A DNA stretch of 64,000 bases from Magallana gigas (Eukaryota): positions 53,196,001-53,260,000 of the forward strand of contig NC_088854.1 of NCBI RefSeq assembly GCF_963853765.1, read 5' to 3'. Every line of letters starts with the position of its first letter. Within the stretch, counting starts at the first letter, position 1. This document shows positions 59,376 through 64,000 of this stretch, piece after piece. A program made the translations under genes and the position numbers. The notes beneath the pieces were generated by a model. It made no database searches, was not told the origin of the DNA, and saw only the letters and a program-made list of their open reading frames with translations.

Positions 59376-60482
59376 CCCCCCCCCCCAAAAAAAATAAAAA
59401 ATAAAACCACCTTGACAGTTTTTGGATATAAAATCTACAGCAAAACTTAATTATGTAATGATGTTTGTTTTCATCTTCCTCCTTGCTCTTATTACAGTGA
59501 ATTTTTTTTTTTTTTAGTTTTGAGACAATTTATTTTCATTTTCATCACCGTTTACCATACTTTTCACTGAAATTGAATCAATGGTAATTTCTTTTATTGT
59601 GAGAAAGACATGCATTGTATCTTTTTAGAAAGGATGTAATCAGTTTGAGAATGTTATCATTCAAAAGTACATTTTCATTTAATTGGACATTTGATGAGAA
59701 TTTTGTTTGATCAAGTCAAATTATTGCAAGATTGCAATTTATTTAGCAGTATGGTAGTATAAAATTATTTGTAGTATTTTCATGGATTTTCTTCATTTGA
59801 TGAGAACTTCTTTTATTAAAGGAACTGATTGCCAATTTTTGTAACTAAGCACTTGATTTATTTAAGACACCGTTTGCCCTTTGTCATAAATATATCTTTG
59901 TATCAAAGCCTAGATTATTATCTTTCTGTGTTTTGAAGATAAAAACAAAAGAAAGTTGACACCTCTTAGTTTGGTAATTACATATACTTTGTGGTAGATG
60001 AATTGAAGGTTTGTGGACAAAATATTTTCATTATATTGCTTGAATTTTCTTGAACTGTGGCCATGATGCAATTATTTGAGATCCATGCTTAGAAAAATTG
60101 TTAATTGCTAAATTGTCATTTGCATAACAGCCAGGTAGTTGCAAAATGATGGTACATGTACCTTGGCCTATCATAAATTGATATTTGTAAAGGTTTCTAG
60201 ACCAGATATGTAGTGTTCAAAAAAAATATTTGAACTATTTAATGCTTATAATGCTTATGAATGCCAATTGTTTTTTGAAAAATAAAAACGAAATGTTAAA
60301 ATCTCGTGAGATTTGCTTCTTGTGATTCAATGTGGTTATACATTCCTCGTATTTAATTAGGAATCTTCAGTACAAAACAAGGGCTATATAAATGCCCTCT
60401 ACTGATTGGGTTGTATTCTAATGCAGGAGAACAGATATTGAAGAAAAATGCCGACAGATGTTCCAAATATCTGTTAAGTTAT

Positions 60483-61570
60483 ATACCAGTTAAGGAAGAT
60501 AGGTAACAAAGAGGATTTGGAGAGCCAGGTGTCCAGATCTTGTTGGGTTGTATTTCAATTAGAGAAAAATAGGTTACCTACAGGATTTGGACCGTGTCCA
60601 ATTCTTGTTGAGTTGTATTATAGTTAAGGAAGGAAGGTAACCAAGAGGATTTGGACAGGTGTCCAACTTTTAGTGGGTTATATTCCAGTAAAGGAAGAAA
60701 GGTAACCAAGAGGATTTGGACAAGTGTCCAACTTTTATTGGGTTGTATTCTAGTATTAAAGGAAGAAAGGTAACGAAGAGGATTTGGACAAGTGTCCGAC
60801 TTTTGTTGGGTTATATTCCAGTAAAGGAAGAAAGGTAACCAAGAAGATTTGGACAAGTGTCCAACTTTTATTGGGTTGTATTCTAGTAAAGGAAGAAAGG
60901 TAAGCAAGAGGATTTGGACAAGTGTCCAACTTTTATTGGGTTATATTCCAGTAAAGGAATAAAGGTAACCAAGAGGATTTGGACAAGTGTCCAACTTTTA
61001 GTGGGTTGTATTCTAGTAAAGGAAGAAAGGTAACCAAGAAGATTTAGACAGGTGTCCAACTTTTATTGGGTTGTATTCCAGTAAAGGAAGAAAAAGTAAC
61101 CAAGAGGATTTGGACAAGTGTCCGACTTTTGTTGGGTTGTATTCCAGTAAAGGAAGAAAGATAGCCAGGAGGATTTGGACAGGTGTCCGATTCTTTTTGA
61201 GTTGTATGCCAGTTAAGGAAGAAAGGTGGCCAAGAACATTTGTACAGGTGCCCAATTATTGTTGGGTTGTATGCCAATTGGAGAAGAAAGGTAGCCAGGA
61301 GGATTTGTACAGGTTTCTTATTTCTATTGGGTTGTATTCCATTGAAGGAAGACAGGTAACCAAGAGGATTTGGACAGGTGTCCGATTTTCATTGGGTCGT
61401 ATTCCAGTTAAGAAAGAAAGATAGCCAGGAGGATTTGGACAGGTGTCCAATATTTATTAGGTTGCATTCCATTTAAGGAAAATAAGTAATCAAGAAGATT
61501 TGGACAGGTTTCTAATTCTTGTTGGGTTGTATTTACATTGATAGGATACAGGTAACCAAGAGAAGCTGGA
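60483..61570. repeat. 65-bp minisatellite (~16 copies) with an internal dyad TTGGACA-AG-TGTCCAA
   Basis: GATTTGGACA recurs at 60781, 60846 and 60911 (period 65); copies diverge toward both ends. Confidence 0.92.
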
Positions 61571-62065
61571 CAGGAGTAGAATACCTGTTGGCTACTTGTT
61601 TGTATCAAATATGAATGGGACTTTATCATAAGACTTGCTTAGTTTTCTTGTAATGAATAACATGCTTTTCAGTAGGAAGCACTTTAAGGTAAATTGTAGA
61701 AGGAAATAATATTTTTTTATCTTAGCAAAACAACTTCACAAAAAAATAGTTTGCCTCACACAAAACATTTGCAGTTTTGTCACAATATACCTACAAACAA
61801 TAAAACAAGCATAAATTTGGAATAAATAAAGAAAAATAAAAAATAAATTCAATAAATGTGGACACTTAAATATATTTACCCAATTAGATTAAAACAGTTA
61901 CAACCCAAAAACTACACTCTCGTATGTACGGTTTTTTCATATCCAATAAGCAATATCCAACAGAACTTGGACTTGACGAACCCAATAAATAGCCTAATGT
62001 GTGTCCGTCCGTCTGTCCGTCTGTAAACTTTTTACAATTAGAACTTCTTCTCTAAAACCGCTTAT

Positions 62066-62097
<32 letters not shown>

Positions 62098-63221
62098 TTA
62101 TGGGAGGGCGAATATAAATTGCAGAAATAAAAGTTTGATCTGTATTCAAAGCGGAGAAAACCTTGAAACTGTAGAAAAAGGGGGGTGCATTTTTAAAAAT
62201 CTTCTTCTCAAGAACTACCGAGGCAAATTCAACATAGTTTAGCATAAATTATCCTTATGGGAAGGAAAATATAAATTGCAAAAATTAAGTGGAAATTTTG
62301 TTTCAAATCTGAGTTATTACGAAAATAATAATAAAGGAAATGCGTGTTTCAATCAGTTTAATAGCTTCGGGTTCGGCATCCGGTAAAATGATTCCATACT
62401 TCTAAAACGAGGTTCTTTGTTTAAAGCAGCCATGACATTATACGAAAAAGGGTCGATCTGACTATGATGAATTTGCTTGTTGTGCAACAGTTCGCGTATG
62501 AAGGGAAATTTTGAAACATACAAAATATATTGGTGCCGATTTTGTGAAGTAAATTGAGGCTAAATATTTCAATGCGTTGACAGTTTTCACACATGACGTT
62601 GGTGTTAGCTTGTTCTGATTTTCGTTTCGTTCTCATTATGCTTTGTAACCTGGAAACTATCGTCTGTATTTCGTGATTTTTACGTATCAAATCAAACAGA
62701 GACTTCGGTAAATCAAACAGTTAACTGTTTACCTGCGCAAATTAAGCAAAATCGGATGTAGTGGTACTGAAATACAATTCATTCTATCGGTAATTCGGCA
62801 TTATCTTTTGCGTAATGGTACATGTAGATTAATGCAATAGGTTTTGTTGAGATGCTCGGCATCTTTCGAGTTTATTCAGTTTAAATAGAGTTTGATATCG
62901 CTGACGGAAATATGTAGGTATATACATGTATATATATGATTCATTTCGAAAAAATAAATTGTGTTCTTTATTTGTTATACATGTAGTGCATGTTTCTTGT
63001 GTTTATTTGTTTACAATTTCTATTTACTAACCATATTTGAGTGTTAAGCTTCGAATTATAAGCAAGATACAGCGATTTGCTCACAATTCTATGTTTGTAC
63101 ACAGATCTTAAAAACTAAAGCTTAAAAAAGTAAAATATTTGTCAATATTTATTAAGAAAATTTTCAAAGTCTGTTCTTCCAGAAACCAACTTTAACAACT
63201 TATTGTATTGTAAACTTAACC

Positions 63222-64000
63222 TTTTTAGCTCACCTGAGGGTGGGGCCACAATGGGGGGTCGAAGTTTAACAAATGAATATATAGAGTAAATCTTTAAAAA
63301 TCTTCTCCTCAGAAACTAATCAGCCAGGAAAGCTGAAACTTGTGTGAAAGCATCATCAGGTAATGTAGATACAAACTTGTGAAAATCATGATCCCCGGAG
63401 GTAGGGTTGGGCCACAATGAAGGATCGAAGTTTTACATAGGAATATATAGAATAAATCTTTAAAAATCTTCTTCTCAGAAACTAATCGGCCAGGAAAGCT
63501 GACACTTGTGTGGAAGGATCCTCAGGTAGTGTAGATTCAAAGTTGTGAAAATCATGACCCCCGGGGTACGGTGAGGCCACAATTGGGGATCGAAGTTTAA
63601 CATAGGAATATATAGAGTTAATCTTTAAAAATCTTCTTCTCAGAAACTAATCAGCCAGGAAAGCTGAAACTTGTGTGGAAGCATCCTCAGGTAGTGTAGA
63701 TTCATAGTTGTGAAAATCATGGCCCCCGGGGGTAGGGTGGGGCCACAATGGGGGATCGAAGTTTAAAATAGGAATATATAGAGTAAATCTTTAAAAATCT
63801 TCTTCTCAGAAACTAATCAGCCAGGAAAGCTGACACTTTTGTGGATGCATCCTCAGGTAGTGTAAATTCATAGTTGTGAAAATCATGACCCCTGGGGGTA
63901 GAATGGGGCCACAATGGGGGATCGAAGTTAAACATAGGAATATATAGAGTAAATCTTTAAAAATCTTCTTCTCAGAAACTAATCAGCCGGCAATGCTGAA
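63222..64000 (+). mobile_element. Cg170-satellite HINE with internal deletion, running off the window
   Basis: TTTTTAGCTCACCTGAG is fused directly to GGTGGGGCCACAATG of a monomer; ~4.5 monomers of ~166 bp follow. Confidence 0.85.

Larger units (their letters stand above)
56147..62002. mobile_element. ~5.9-kb insert of unknown class carrying decayed exon-like segments and a 65-bp array
   Basis: Subterminal inverted 10-mer TATTGGGTTC (56164) / GAACCCAATA (61978); palindrome TTGGGTATACCCAA at 56215-56228; contents listed separately. Confidence 0.5.
56058..63221 (+). mobile_element. HINE element split in its (GTCC)n microsatellite by a ~5.9-kb insert (56058-56146 plus ~62003-63221); 3' end not seen
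   Basis: Same 5' terminus as the element at 27089; the microsatellite and GTAAACTTTT...CAACCAAATTTGGCACAAAGCATCCTT body resume at ~62003. Confidence 0.7.

Noticed and set aside
60483-61570. CRISPR array or coding repeat (ORFs 60578-61629)
   Set aside because: The whole 65-bp unit repeats with no unique spacers; 65 is not a multiple of 3, so the ORFs are artefacts.

Overview
AT-rich eukaryotic genomic DNA with introns, most likely Pacific oyster (Crassostrea/Magallana gigas) or a close relative; the basis is a 166-bp Cg170-like satellite carried in Helentron-associated (HINE/pearl-like) elements. Main contents: (1) a ~36-kb plus-strand CCDC158-like coiled-coil gene. I parsed 24 exons (16807-41006) with consistent phases into a 1202-aa frame. 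A candidate upstream exon 1 is split by a MULE inserted just after its ATG. (2) An antisense gene nested in the upstream intron, with a 768-codon low-complexity ORF and kappaB motifs at its putative 5' end. (3) A second plus-strand gene from 46579 with a BC-box/Cul2-box-like motif and TPR-like helices; its 3' end is not resolved. (4) Many transposons: four or five HINE elements with different central satellites, a full-length intact L1/Tx1 LINE and a TA-MITE nested in one HINE, a 2.7-kb TIR element with a TTGA TSD, and a 5.9-kb gene-bearing insert in another HINE. The most striking features are two tandem arrays that amplify CCDC158 splice donors (one in frame, 33 bp = 11 aa), a MULE TIR that supplies an in-frame replacement ATG, and a tandem array between the LINE ORFs that copies the ORF1 stop. 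All homology calls come from reading motifs and recalling protein families; no searches were run.
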